A stretch of DNA of 63,810 bases, filler included, from Octopus bimaculoides (taxonomy: Eukaryota): the NCBI RefSeq assembly GCF_001194135.2. It is 5 parts of 4 records of this genome, joined end to end, with 100 filler letters (N's around TTAATTAATTAA, not from the genome) between each part and the next. Parts side by side here need not be neighbours in the genome. Positions count along the whole stretch, not along the records: positions 1 to 25,078 come from NC_068997.1; positions 25,179 to 34,619 come from NC_068987.1; 3 more parts are not named here. The stretch is one strand, 5' to 3'. Under the pieces are notes generated by a model. That model made no database searches, was not told where the DNA came from, and worked only from the letters and a program-made list of their open reading frames with translations. The translations under genes and the position numbers were made by a program. This document shows, in pieces, positions 14,552-27,540 of the stretch. Each line of letters begins with the position of its first letter. Position 1 is the stretch's first letter.

Positions 14552-14965
14552 TCATTTAACATCCATTTTCCATGTTGGCATAGGTTGGACGATTTGACAG
14601 GAGCTGGCAAGCCAGAAGACTGCACCAGGCTTCACTGTCTGGTTTGTCATGGTTTTTATGGCAGGATGCCCTTCCTCATGCCAACCACCTAACAGAATGG
14701 CCTGGGTGCTTTTTATGTGGCACCAACACCAGCAAGGTCTGCTTTGGCATGGTTTTACAGTTGGATAAGCTTTCAAACACCAACCGCTTTTCAGTTTTGG
14801 CTGGATATCATCATCATCATTGTCAGCATCGTTTAATGTCTGCCTTCCATGCTGGCATGGGTGGAACGGTTTCACAGGAGATGGCCAGGCAGAATCTTGC
14901 ACCAGAATTCTGTGACTGCTTTGACCGGATTTTTACTGCTGGATGCCCTTCCTACCATCAACCAC
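14552..14965 (-). mobile_element. Two tandem repeat family D copies
   Basis: TTTAACATCCATTTTCCATGTTGGC at ~14555 and (CAT)n..GTTTAATGTCTGCCTTCCATGCTGGC at ~14810. Confidence 0.75.
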
Positions 14966-15687
14966 TCAGTAAAGTGGACTTATATGGTGTGAAAATTGTT
15001 AGCAATACAAAGATGAGGAGGTATTATGTTTATGCTCAAGAAAAATAGGAAGAAAAGTCTTCTACGTTTGGAGCATACATTCTTCTAAAGAGAGAATAGA
15101 TAAGGAGAGAAAAGATCAAACATGTCTCAGTGAGACAGTCACTGCAGTAGGATGATAAAGGAACACATGGAAAGCAGGAAGAAATGCACAAAGGATGTGG
15201 ACATGTTCATCCTTCATCAATTATCAACCAAAAATCATCATAATTCCGGTGCCTTATTGACAGAAAGGAAGAATAGAAAATAAATGGAGAGAGAATGAAA
15301 AAGCTTGTAGATTTAAGCGATCCAGCATGGCCAATCAAAAACAGTAAAATAAGTACCAGTTGAGTTCTGGGGTTGGCCTTGTTCCAGAATTTGAAACCAA
15401 TATATAGATAGTTGGGAAAATGCCATTTCTTGCATATACCGTTTCACACATTTTATGAAAGAAGGTAGTGATACAGTTACTAATATATGGATAATAAAAC
15501 AAATAGACGTTCAATCATCATGACAATCACTTGCTCTAAGGCATAAGCGTTAAGCCATCAAATAAACAGAAAGAGAGAGAGAGTCAAACTAATGCTACAC
15601 ACACACACACACACACGTGAATGCTAATGGCATGCACTCATATATACATAACCATATAGTCAAAAGCGTTCAAGCTCTGCTCAGGTA

Positions 15688-15694
<7 letters not shown>

Positions 15695-15756
<62 letters not shown>
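15695..15756. repeat. (TA)n microsatellite
   Basis: Direct read. Confidence 0.95.
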
Positions 15757-15758
<2 letters not shown>

Positions 15759-16339
15759 GTACACACAAGACCACATTACATAATGTAGCATTTCTCTTTT
15801 AGGACAGTAAGATGTCATTTTAAGAGAGAATTGACTGCTATCTCTAGTGGATCGAAGGACGGCGTACAAATTTCCTCGTCTGCTCGAGGATTGTTTAATG
15901 CCTTTTCGGTGATTGCTAATTTGTAATCGGAAATTCCCCAAAAATTACCATACTGTAGTATTTATTAAAGTAAAATTATTTTCTTCAAGGCTTTATTGGT
16001 TTTATTTAGTATTTACTATTTCTATAACTTCGCAATTCAAGTTGCTTTCGGGCCTTGTGTGAATTTTAAAATACGCACGCACGTACACACAAGCTATGCA
16101 AGCACTTGGTAAACGAGATTTGTGAATGGGTGCAGTCAGTTTAATTTACGCAACAATCCTGTATTTATTTTCATTATTCAACTACCACTCCTTGATTTTT
16201 ACAAGTACTGCATGCATCTAGGCTATCATAATTACAAAATTCACTAACAACTTCACTTTATTTACACCAGTCTAAATACTTGAACGACACAACTTCTCAA
16301 TCTTTCCCCACTATCAGCTCCTCATTAAAAAAAATTCTA

Positions 16340-16740
16340 AGAAATCTCCACATAGTCGTTCAGCCTGCTGGAAATATCAGTCAACTATTCATCAAACGGC
16401 ACTTTTAAAAAATCTTTTTTTAATCACATATTCATTTTAAAAAGGAACAAATACTCATTGATACACTGTCTGAAAAATAAATAAATAAAAATAGACGGAA
16501 TCGTCAAACGCCGAATCGCCTTTGATCATCAGGTACACTCGAACAGGTCAAGTTTTCGAGCTAACAAGATAGTCTTTGCACAGCTATTCAACCTACTAGA
16601 AATAGCAACTAAATCCCACAGAAGTCACACTACGCTATCTTAACTAAATAAAGATATGTTGAACAACATAGTTCCTGATACACAAAAAAAAAAAAATGCG
16701 ATGGACACTGTTGGAACTTTCGATGTAGGATAAATTGCTT
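16340..16740 (+). repeat. Two family E copies
   Basis: CAGCCTGCTGGAAATATCAG and CAACCTACTAGAAATAGCAAC motifs with downstream GCCTTTGATCAT-like tails. Confidence 0.55.
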
Positions 16741-18709
16741 TGCATTATTTAATTACGACTACATTCGGAGTTCAAATCTTGCCGAAGTCAATTTTGTCTT
16801 TCATCTTTGAGGAGTTTTATAAAATAAAGTACCAGTGAAGAACTGGATCGATGTAATATTCCTATAATATATTCCAGTTATGAATGAAATTATAAAAGAT
16901 CAAGCATTGACTTAGGGTTAAAGAATGGTTGAAGTTGTTATTAAATGAATTTGCTTTCTGTTGTCTGCTTAATAATTTGAAGGAAATACCTTCACTAAGA
17001 ATGTAAATTTTAATGTAACTTCAAGCTGATTAACTTCACATGCCCGAAGCAAAATATATCGGTTATTCGGTCACAGCTCTTTTACTATAACTGCAGAGTA
17101 TGTTTGGTTTTTGTATTTTGAGAAGGAAGGGAGGGGGAAGAAGAACAGCTCTGGGAATTGCGTAGACACAAGAAGACTACATCGAAACGCTTGTGCACTG
17201 ATTCGTTCGTTGACACAACGGTTTGGTTTCAAATGGCGATAGGACCGACTTTGTCCATTAGGGGTGTGACATGAATGAAATAAGTTATTGTTATTAAACC
17301 GATACCACTAGCTATCACCATTTGTTAGGAAATCACTTTGAGGGTCACTCCATAATAATTTTTTTTTTTTCGGAACAGCTTTTTGTCTCATGTTATTATT
17401 AATAATCTTGCCAAATGCTATTCTAGTTGTAGTTAGTGAATAGCAAATTCAGAGCCGTCTATTGGATCCTAAGTACTTTCTTTCAACTCGATATTCACAT
17501 TTCATTGCAAATGAGTCAACTCGCTACTGTCTATTGTTCAGCCCAGGCTGAACAAACCTTTGACCAAAAGCATTTCAACCATGAAATATGAAACACCTAT
17601 CTAGTATTACATTGACTCATGTGTCTGTTTCTTTCTTTAAAAAAAAATATAGAATACGATTTTAAAGAATTTAGTTGCTATTTCTAGCAAGGAGGAGGGC
17701 TAGCAGAATCTTAGGTATGGCACTATATTCTGAATTCAAATCCCGCTGAGGTTTTCTTTCCTTTTTTTTTGTTTTTCTTTCTTTCTGGGGTCGATAGAGT
17801 ACAGTCAAGTACTAGAGTCGATTTAATCCTATAAAGTATCCTAAGTGTGAATGGAATCATAATAGAAGGCCGAACAACTGCGTGTATTTTACACGTGTGC
17901 AGTCAAATAGGATAAGATGTCAGGGTGGATCCCATGAGACATGTGCAAGGAGAGACAAAAGTGAAAGGGCGATTAGCGTAGGCCGTTTATTGCCAGAGAG
18001 TTGAATAAGAGGTCAGACGGGTTTATAATGTCTGTAAGTAACTAATATTGTCAATGATGATTATGAAAACATCATCGACAGCAGAACATAAAACACCGAT
18101 GCTGACTTCTTGTGTTGGTAAGCAACGTGCTTGTTTTGAGACATGAGTCATGCTGGTGTTGTGACGTCAACAGACGGAAATTTGTCCGTCGAAATCGCTT
18201 TTACTTCCGCAACAATCAAATGAAAACATTTAGCTTGGATGTCATCAGAACTCTATATAGAATTGTAGTTACGTAGTATCTCTATATCAACATTATAATT
18301 CTAAAAAAGAGAAGATTAAGATTCCAGTATGTGCACTACTTTTGTGAGTATAGCATCCTTTATATAATATCAACCAGAATCAAAATATACAGAGAGCTTT
18401 TAATAAACAAGCGAAAGCTATTAAAAATATCGTTAACTTTCCGCTTAAAATAATGGAAACAGCATCGACTTAGTGATGGTAACAATATACTAAGAATAAC
18501 CCAGAAAAGTAGCAGCAACAGTGTGTGGCAGTCTTTCTACATCAATGTGTTGCCAGACGGAAGGACCAAAATAAACAATAAAGAATGTTTAAAGAAATAA
18601 ATAAATTCTTGAAACGTAAAGCAGTATCAACACGAAGCATGAAAATATCGGAATTTCTCTTCACTGCATCACATTTTCTCATTACCACACTTTGCGAGGA
18701 AGCCTCCAC

Positions 18710-18905
18710 GGAGTCAGTCGACCTACTTGAAATATCAGCCAAACCTCCCTCAAATCACCCCATATCTTTAAAAATTAAAGGCGAAAGACATCGGATAAAT
18801 TAGCCACTGTTATAAAAAAATTTTAATTCCGAGATGGATATGGCTATAACGCCTTTGATCTTAGATTCTGCTCGTCAGAGTTGAGCTGGGGGAACTAAAC
18901 AAAAA
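18710..18905 (+). repeat. Family E copy with AAC-rich end
   Basis: GACCTACTTGAAATATCAGCCAAACCTCCCTCAAATCAC ... GCCTTTGATC ... GGGGGAACTAAACAAAAAC. Confidence 0.65.
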
Positions 18906-19175
18906 CAAGGTTATTTTCATGGCACCACATTTGCGTCTTGAGGCTGCTAAGCACCCTACAACACTTCAGCTATTTTCTGAAGCTGTTTACAATAGAAACC
19001 AGCGAGGGAGCTTCTAAGTGGTCATTCCTTCATTTCAAACGTTACCGTCTTTAAAAAAAAGTGTTTTGAGAACACGTTGAGTAATATAGGCCTCGGTACA
19101 CTGTGCCTAAAACAAAATAAGAAGGGATGATCATCGCTGGAATGTCTTTGATCACAGGTCAACATGATCAAGAAT

Positions 19176-20019
19176 GGGCGTATCTACACAAATGTGTTTC
19201 CATTGATTTTGTTTCCTCATAACTTCCAGAAAAATAGATATTTTTTAGTGCAATTTTCTACAAATACGATTCAGATGATGTAGAATCCGATTATATTGGA
19301 ATTTGTAATGAAAAAGATTTTTCCGTGAGTTGGGGGAAGGATTTCGGAAAATTTACTCGAGTCGCCTTTGTTTCCTCATGACTCAGAAAAATGGGGATTT
19401 TTAAGTGAAATTTTTAACAATTACCTTTCAGAGTGTGTAGATAATGATTGTAATGGGATTGAATATGAAAAAAAAAAAGAAAAAAAAATGATGAATACGC
19501 GCACATACCGACTCATCGCANNNNNNNNNNNNNNNNNNNNNNNNNNNNNNNNNNNNNNNNNNNNNNNNNNNNNNNNNNNNNNNNNNNNNNNNNNNNNNNN
19601 NNNNNNNNNNNNNNNNNNNNNNNNNNNNNNNNNNNNNNNNNNNNNNNNNNNNNNNNNNNNNNNNNNNNNNNNNNNNNNNNNNNNNNNNNNNNNNNNNNNN
19701 NNNNNNNNNNNTTCTGTCATATTAAATTCCGATATGATCGTAATTTATACATTCTGAAAGATATTTGTTGAAAAATATATTTAAACATCCCCATTTTTTT
19801 TATGAAAGTTATGAGGAAACAAAGCCAACTCATGTAAATTTTCCGAAACCCTTCTCCCCACTCACAGGAAAAATTCTTTTTCATAACAAATTCCGATATA
19901 ATCGGAATCTACACCATCTGAAGCGCATTCGTGTAAAATTTCATTAAAAAATATCCATTTTTTTTCTTTAAGTTTTGAAGAAACAAAATTGGTGGGGGCA
20001 CACTTGTGTAGGTATGCCC
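19176..20019. mobile_element. Non-autonomous DNA transposon with ~240-bp terminal inverted repeats (foldback/Mutator-like), gap in the middle
   Basis: 19176-~19405 is the approximate reverse complement of ~19780-20019 (GGGCGTATCTACACAAATGTG / CACACTTGTGTAGGTATGCCC). Flanking direct repeat AAGAAT at 19170-19175 and 20020-20025. It interrupts a family E repeat. Confidence 0.8.
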
Positions 20020-21245
20020 AAGAATAAACTGGGGCTGAAGAAACTATAATACCAGGACGAGAACACTATGGAATTTCTGCTTGGTGGTGGCTCGACCTAT
20101 TAGAAGCAGCAGCAGCCAATTCCTCTTTTTTTTTTTTTCGCACCTGTATTGCAAATGTTTATTACAGTAAAGTCATTTTGTGGGGATTTTATGTAAGGTT
20201 TAGTTACTAACCTAAAAAAAAAAAGCGGGGTACATTGGACAATGTATCATAAATATGCAAAAGAAGGATGGTCACAGTTGGAACGCCTCTGATCATAGAT
20301 CTGCTATATAAAGGCTGATCTAGGACTGCAGCCTTTAAATCTAAGCGGTCGTAGCATCTCAATAGAGATAGTACAATTAATTATTTCGTTCTACGACCAA
20401 AAACACGTCACGGTTAAGGGTCTCGAGTACTCTTCTATCTCTACGTTTTCAGTACGTCGACCTTTCTTACCCCTTTCGATTTTGATCATCTGCTGAAACA
20501 GGAGTTGCTGCTGCTACACACAACTGAATAGATTGTAAGGGAAGCCTTCCCTTGATTACGCCCTCACTATTCTCGTTTATATGAATGACTATATAACACA
20601 GGGAGGTGGAGGGGGAGGAAACGAACAAATAGAGAGATAGAGGCTGATAGACAGACATAGAGAGATAGAGAGAAGGAGGGAGAGACAGGTAGACAGACAA
20701 GAAAAGAAAAGAGACAAGCAGACAGATAGATAGAATTTTAAATATTTAGCATAAATCAAGTTACTCGACTGTTCGACGTATAATTTTTTTTTTCTTTTTA
20801 TTTTGAAATGATAGAAATAGGTATTGATTAAGCAAAAAAATATTGCAGCATAGATTTAAATCGAAATTACATTTCAGAAAAGCATTTCACTAGTGCCACC
20901 CCGNNNNNNNNNNNNNNNNNNNNNNNNNNNNNNNNNNNNNNNNNNNNNNNNNNNNNNNNNNNNNNNNNNNNNNNNNNNNNNNNNNNNNNNNNNNNNNNNN
21001 NNNNNNNNNNNNNNNNNNNNNNNNNNNNNNNNNNNNNNNNNNNNNNNNNNNNNNNNNNNNNNNNNNNNNNNNNNNNNNNNNNNNNNNNNNNNNNNNNNNN
21101 NNNNNNNNNNNNNNNNNNNNNNNNNNNNNNNNNNNNNNNNNNNNNNNNNNNNNNNNNNNNNNNNNNNNNNNNNNNNNNNNNNNNNNNNNNNNNNNNNNNN
21201 NNNNNNNNNNNNNNNNNNNNNNNNNNNNNNNNNNNNNNNNNNNNN

Positions 21246-21277
<32 letters not shown>

Positions 21278-22024
21278 TATTGTTATTCAGTATCTATCTC
21301 CCTCATGATTCTTAAATAATAAATAAACATCCGACAGCGTAGACTCGACAACAAAAGGGTGTTACCGAAATTTTTCCTATTTATTTACCAAGTTTTATTT
21401 ACAAACACTTTATTAGGTCATCCAACCTCAACAGGTCAACGAGAACAGCCGACTTTTGTTTTCGGTATTCTCCGGAAACGCTATTTTATTTCTCTTAACT
21501 TCGTAGGAAGTATTCCGCAAAATGGAAGAGCCATCGGTTCAATTGAAAAACATCTGACAGCTGCTGCTGTTATTATTATCATCCCCTCGTGCTTTATGAA
21601 TAGCTTCGTTTTATTTATTTTCCCGGGTTATTATTTTTTTTTAATTTGTATTTTTTTTAATGAGGAAATTATGCAAAAATTAATGTTGTATATGTAATTG
21701 TGTAATTTATGTTTAAGTTATTACTTGTCAGGTAATATTTTTTTTAAATAGTGTTGCAGAGTTATCTGGGTGGGAGAGATGGCCAAGTGGTTGAAACGAA
21801 AACGATTTATTATTCTTTTTGAAATATCAGTGTGACATGATGTGATTTACCAACGTGTCACATGATAAACCAAATTATTAGTGTAGTGAATTTTAAAAAT
21901 TGTTAAAATCCTTATGTGCATAGACAGATAAGTAGAGAGAGAGCGGGGTTTGGCGATGAAAACAGGTAAATACAACTCAGAACGTGTGTGTGTGTGTACA
22001 TATATTCGAATTAACAATCGGCAT

Positions 22025-22160
22025 AAAGGCAGCAAGCTGGCGAAATCGTTAGCACGCCGGACAAAATGCTTATCGGCATTTCGTCCGTTTCCATGTTCAG
22101 AGCTGAAATTCCTTCCGAGATTGACTTTACCTTCCATCGTTTTGTGCCAAAATTTGAAAA
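22025..22160 (+). mobile_element. tRNA-derived SINE family B
   Basis: AGGCAGCAAGCTGGCGAAATCGTTAGCACGCCGG head. Confidence 0.8.
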
Positions 22161-22734
22161 CATTTATTTACTAATCGGTAGAAATTCTAGAATGCCTCAA
22201 AGGCCTAGAGGTTCGTAGATTAGCGCTCGTGCACACACGCACAATTTAAATGTGTTGATATGACGTAAATATACTATAATACAAGAGAGGAGTGTTATGT
22301 GATCAAATTTCGGTTGAACCCATTTAATTTCATTTAGTGTCTTCGTGTCCTTGGAAAATATGCAAACGTCACAGATATATTCTTCTCGTCTAAATATCCG
22401 TGTTGTATCAAGAATTACTTTCACAAAATTTAATTTTATGTAAAATAAATCTCAATTGCTTTAAAATTATCCCTTCTCTTTGAAAGTCGCTAACAACTCG
22501 ACAAAAGGATTTTGTTTCCCTTCTTCGGAGAAACTAAGCAGCAAACTTCGGCTAACATGCAGTTTACCGTCGTAAAGAGGTGAAAGTAAAATGCGATAGA
22601 AAGCACAAGTGGAACAGTGACATATCAAAATTTTATAAACCATCCGATGTCTGGGTTTCCTATGTGACAACCTATATACTCATGAAGTTGTCGAACATTC
22701 GCTCAATTTTGTTGCTCCAAATAATCCTTTCTAT

Positions 22735-22938
22735 TATAGGCAGTTGGCCTAAAATTTTTGGGAAGGGGATAGTCGATTACCTCGACCCCGGTACTCAACT
22801 GGTACTTCATTTATCGACCCTGAAAGGATGAAAGGTAAAGTCGACCTCGGCGCAGTTTGAACTCAAAACGTAGCAACGGGCGAAATACTGCTGAGCAGTT
22901 CGTCCAGCGTGCCGACAATTCTGCCAGCTCACCGCCTT
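22735..22938 (-). mobile_element. SINE family B, near full length
   Basis: TTATCGACCCTGAAAGGATGAAAGGTAAAGTCGACCTCGG core, plus the reverse-complemented head ending CTGCCAGCTCACCGCCTT. Confidence 0.85.
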
Positions 22939-23151
22939 GTTGCTTCAAATAATGACAGCATCCATACACAGACTATTGGAGGAGCGAAGGATGCTCGCCA
23001 AGAAGAAACATCAGCGACAATGTGGGACTATCGATGATTTATATCATATCTTCATTAGCATCAATGGCGAAACAAATTTAGAGATTGTTAAAAACTATCC
23101 ACAAATCTCATTTCATGCATCAGTCACTTATGTAAATGATTGTTTTTAGCC

Positions 23152-23288
23152 GCTGTGGCTATGTAGCAAGAAGTCTGTTCCCAATCACATGTTTCCAGGT
23201 TTAGTTCCACTGCACAGCACCTTGGGCAAATATCTTTTACTGTAATCCCGAGCCGAGTAAAGCTTTATGAGTGGATTTAATTGACGGA

Positions 23289-23292
<4 letters not shown>
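23152..23292 (+). mobile_element. SINE family A
   Basis: GTGGCTATGTAGCAAGAAG...GCACCTTGGGCAAAT...GAGTGGATTT...GACGGAAAC. Confidence 0.8.
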
Positions 23293-23333
<41 letters not shown>

Positions 23334-24052
23334 GTACATATATGTGTGTATACATGTATATATATTCTTTGTATTATATATATATATACATACACACACA
23401 TAAATCTTTAGTTAAATATATTCAATGAGAATATTATATACTGAATTTATATTGAGTGCTCTATTGTATTAAAGTATATGTATTTAATACGAGCGATTAT
23501 ATATATTTTATATTATATATTATTATTAATATCAGGAAATCAATATTAGAAAATTCTTGTCAGCGGACATTAAAATGCAGGCAAAATATTTTCATCGCTT
23601 TGATCAACCTTTAGTTTTTATTGAAAGTTAACCCGCCCTGTTTTCAGGGAGTTAACTCTTATAAATATCAAGAGTTACGTACCATACCATAAGTCATAAC
23701 TAGACTACATACTTAGAAAGAGGAATAGTCGTTTATACCGATTTCTATATTTGCTTTTCAGTCGTTCTCAAGCTGCGTTTGGGCGATCCTTCGGTACAAG
23801 TTCTCTAAATGCCAAATCGTTTGACAATCGTTCGGCAATTTCCGTAAAGAAAAAGGGAAAGGACGTTAAAAATACAGAACTATTTGCTCTCTTGACAGCA
23901 AAGGACTCTCTCTCTCAGAGTAAAAGGTAGATTGTATGATGGTTGCGTACGAACGGCTATACTTCATTGTAGTGAGGCATGGGTTCTGAATGCAGTAGAC
24001 ATGCGTACACTAGAGAGGAATGAAGGTAGTATATTCCGTTGAATGTGCATAT

Positions 24053-24130
24053 ACAGTAATCCCTCGATTATCGCGGGTGTTACCATTACAAAACCTCGTG
24101 CGACAGGTGAAAATCTGCAAAGTAGAAACA
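24053..24130 (+). mobile_element. Tigger/pogo-like MITE terminus, interrupted by a family D copy
   Basis: TA-CAGTAATCCCTCGATTATCGCGG start, similar to the 47333 element. The other terminus was not identified. Confidence 0.5.
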
Positions 24131-24134
24131 GTAC

Positions 24135-24262
24135 TTATCATCTTCATCGTTTAACGTCCGTTTTCCATGCTGTTATGGGTTGGACTGTTTGACTGAGGAC
24201 TGGCGAGCCAGAAGGCTGCACCAGGCTCCAATCCTATCTGGTAATGTTTCTATAGTTGGATG
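24135..24262 (-). mobile_element. Repeat family D
   Basis: CATCGTTTAACGTCCGTTTTCCATGCTG..GGGTTGGAC. Confidence 0.8.
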
Positions 24263-24369
24263 CCTAGTACTGTACATTTTAAAAACTATTCTTATAATTT
24301 GTATATATTTATTTTATTATAAATGCAAAACAACACCATGGAGGAATCGACGTAAGCTTAAATAATAAA

Positions 24370-24720
24370 CTGTGATATTGTGAGGGATTACTGAACGACA
24401 AAGTGCAAATGTGTTGAGAGAGAAGTTGGGCATAAGAGAAATCAGATGCAGCATGAAAGAGAAAATACTCTGTTGGTTTAGACACGAGATGCATAGGAAT
24501 GAAGACAGGTGTATAAAGAAGTGCTGATCACCGAGAGTGGATGACACCTGTGGAAGAGGGAGAACCAGGAAGACATGGGATGAAGCAGTGAAGACCAATC
24601 TCAGGATGTTGGGCCTCACAGAAGAGATGATAAAAGACCGAGGTGTCTGGTGATATGAAGTTCTTGAGAAAATCCACCCACTTCAGCTAAACAGAGTTTG
24701 AGAAGCACTGTGCATTCCAC
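24370..24720 (+). mobile_element. RTE-clade LINE C-terminal remnant
   Basis: Translation LREKLGIREIRCSMKE...TCGRGRTRKTWDEAVKTNLRMLGLTEEMIKDRGVW* with in-frame stops. Confidence 0.85.
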
Positions 24721-24760
24721 CACCATGTAACAATACAACTTTTCACACACCTTACCCCAA

Positions 24761-25078
24761 GGAGGTTCTGCGAGGTTCCTCACAGGCAAAGAACACAGGT
24801 ACAAGATTTTCTGGGCAGGGAACACTGACGGGGTCGGGGGCGTAGGAATACTTCTAGCGGAGAAATGGGAGGATAAGGTAATCGAGGTCGTTAGAGTAAG
24901 TGACAGAGTACTTAAGATCAGACTAGTGCTTCATCATAGATTAGCTACTGTCATCTCAGCCTATGCACCTCAACCGGGGCTACCAGATGGTCTGAAAGAC
25001 CAATTCTATGACACCCTCTTGCAAACTACCTCGTCGACGAGTGACAGGGACCTTCTCTTTGTGGCTGGAGACTTCAAT
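24761..25078 (+). mobile_element. RTE-clade LINE apurinic-type endonuclease fragment, open frame, cut by a scaffold join
   Basis: 106 codons without a stop: GGSARFLTGKEHRYKIFWAGNTDGVGGVGILLAEKWEDKVIEVVRVSDRVLKIRLVLHHRLATVISAYAPQ...LFVAGDFN (SAYAP and GDFN motifs). Confidence 0.9.
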
Positions 25079-25178
25079 NNNNNNNNNNNNNNNNNNNNNN
25101 NNNNNNNNNNNNNNNNNNNNNNTTAATTAATTAANNNNNNNNNNNNNNNNNNNNNNNNNNNNNNNNNNNNNNNNNNNN
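25079..25178. other. Artificial scaffold spacer N44-TTAATTAATTAA-N44
   Basis: Exactly 100 bp, with a six-frame stop linker at 25123-25134; the identical design occurs four times. Confidence 0.95.
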
Positions 25179-25215
<37 letters not shown>

Positions 25216-26612
25216 TCACGCACACTCACATACATATATAGTATACACCCATTATCCGAGGGAAGTAAGTTAATAAATATGTCTGTTATTAGACATAATT
25301 TTTTGCAAGATAGTTTAAATTGCAATTTTTATCAAATCAATATGCTTGCTGGATATTTATTCATGCTAAATATTACGCAGCAAGAATTAACAGCAGACAT
25401 ACATATTTGATAAAGGAAAACCTCATTAATTTATTAATTATTTGAATTTAAAAATAACGATTAACGCTAACCTCAAAATAGCTCAGTTTCTTGACATAAC
25501 ATTAATTTTAGCGTACAATCAGCCCACATTTACTTCCTATGGAAAACCTAACGAAACGTCATAGTAAATCCGTTATAATTCAGAATATCAGCCAGCTATC
25601 TTATCCACTAATTTTAGATTTCACATATTTGCGAAAGAGTAAATGCTTGCTTAAGTGAGCAGCAACTGGCATGATAAATATGCATATAATATTGCAGCAG
25701 ATTATTATAGCAAAGCTCTGACAAGATAAAATACACCAGGAACAACAATAACACCAAATATATTAGAGGAAAACATAAAACAATATTTAATCCTACTTTC
25801 AGTCTAAAAGTGAGCAACTGTCTGCTTCCCCAGAAAGTTTATAAAACTTGTAAATACTCTTATATATTTTCTCCAGTAATCATAGATATTACAAGATCTT
25901 TGCTGAGTTCTTGGCCAAAGGAAGTACGATTTTCCCAATAACCTGAATTCTGTTCAACCATGTAACTGTATACTTCCTGCATTATGCCCCTAAGCGAACC
26001 TCTAGCAAATTCTATAGTAAGGAATAGTGAAGTTACAGTAGTAATTATATTAATAATTAACACTTATATAGACTCTATGTTTATTCCGCGAAAGGTGTGA
26101 TAAAATTAACAAACTTAGAAATCCAGTCTTAGAAACTGAATCAGTTGTACAGATAAAACTTTTTCAAGATACATAGAGGATTTAAAAGATAAACATACCA
26201 GTTTCGATATGAAATGAAAAATTTAAAACAACTATGAACGTCCTTTTGAGAACCTACTTTTTTGCAGATATCCATAGTCACTGAAGAACTATAGAATATC
26301 ATATCGTTACCTGTTTAATTTCATTATACAAACTCAGAAAACGCACACGTTATGGATATTTCTTTTGCCCCATACATCATGATAACTGAATAGAAATCAT
26401 ATTTTTCATCGTTTCTCTCTCTTTTACTTTTGTTCCTCTTGTCTTTACCGCCTCTTCTTCTTGTTTCTGCAGCTGCTTCCACTCCACACTTCCCTATACC
26501 CATCAGATACAGTTTTATCCAAACATTACTATAAACAGCCAATAAAATCTTATATTTACTTTTACATACCCAGTCTACCAGTATACAAGTGAATGTTCAG
26601 CACTACATTGGC

Positions 26613-26652
<40 letters not shown>

Positions 26653-27540
26653 GTACTGTTCCATGATAAACTTAACGAAAAAAGTACTCCATCTGGTGAG
26701 AAGTAAATATTATTTATTTAAAGGTCACAATACATGCTACTAACAATATCATATTTTGAGAAAACTCAGACATATTCTTCAGGCGCAAACCACATATCAT
26801 AACGAATTCTAAAAAATTGAATAATAGAAGAAACGTGAAAAAACTGAGAAGGCAGCGTATAGAAAACGCAGAAAGTATATAACAAACCCGAAAAACAAAA
26901 AATATCAGAATATCATATAGATCAGTTATTGATTTATTGAATTTATTTGTACGTGGAGAGAGGACAAACTCTCTTGAACTCTTGATAACAATTTCAACCG
27001 ACACCAAATGAGAAAGAAAATGAAGAACCAAAAACCTCTCCAGTCAAGCATCAAGACTTCCCCGGCACAAATATTCAATAACGGAAAAGACGGCTTCCTT
27101 GCTGGAGACCAGAGAAGAGCCCTAAAAACTATATCTACCGCAATAGGCGTCACCAGCACAGCATTTCTTCTGTCTTACTATTTAAACAAAAATACTGGAT
27201 AAACGTATATGGACAGATTAAGAAAACTGGGTGCGTTTCACAACCACATTGCCAGAATTCCACCCTCTATGAATAGTCAACTGTTACAACCGCGCATGCC
27301 GTGTTTGTGAAGCACAAACTCTGTTTTTACTATGAAATGCACAGCATGCTTACAAACAGCAAGTGTGTATCTTTCTTAAATTTCATGCAGTATTTCGTAC
27401 TAAACAAACTATTATACAAACGATTATACAAACTTACACACTCACAAACGCAAACACACACGTACAAATACAAGCACACATACACACACACACACATATA
27501 CATACATGCATACATACATAAATGCATACACACACATACA

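Noticed and set aside
15061-15090. Antisense hammerhead-ribozyme-like relic of the Penelope LTR type
   Set aside because: Both catalytic cores are mutated (CTGANGA reads CTTTAGA; GAAA reads CAAA). No intact CTGANGA..GAAA hammerhead was found at the other CTGATGA sites checked (4750, 18240, 49845, 57733).
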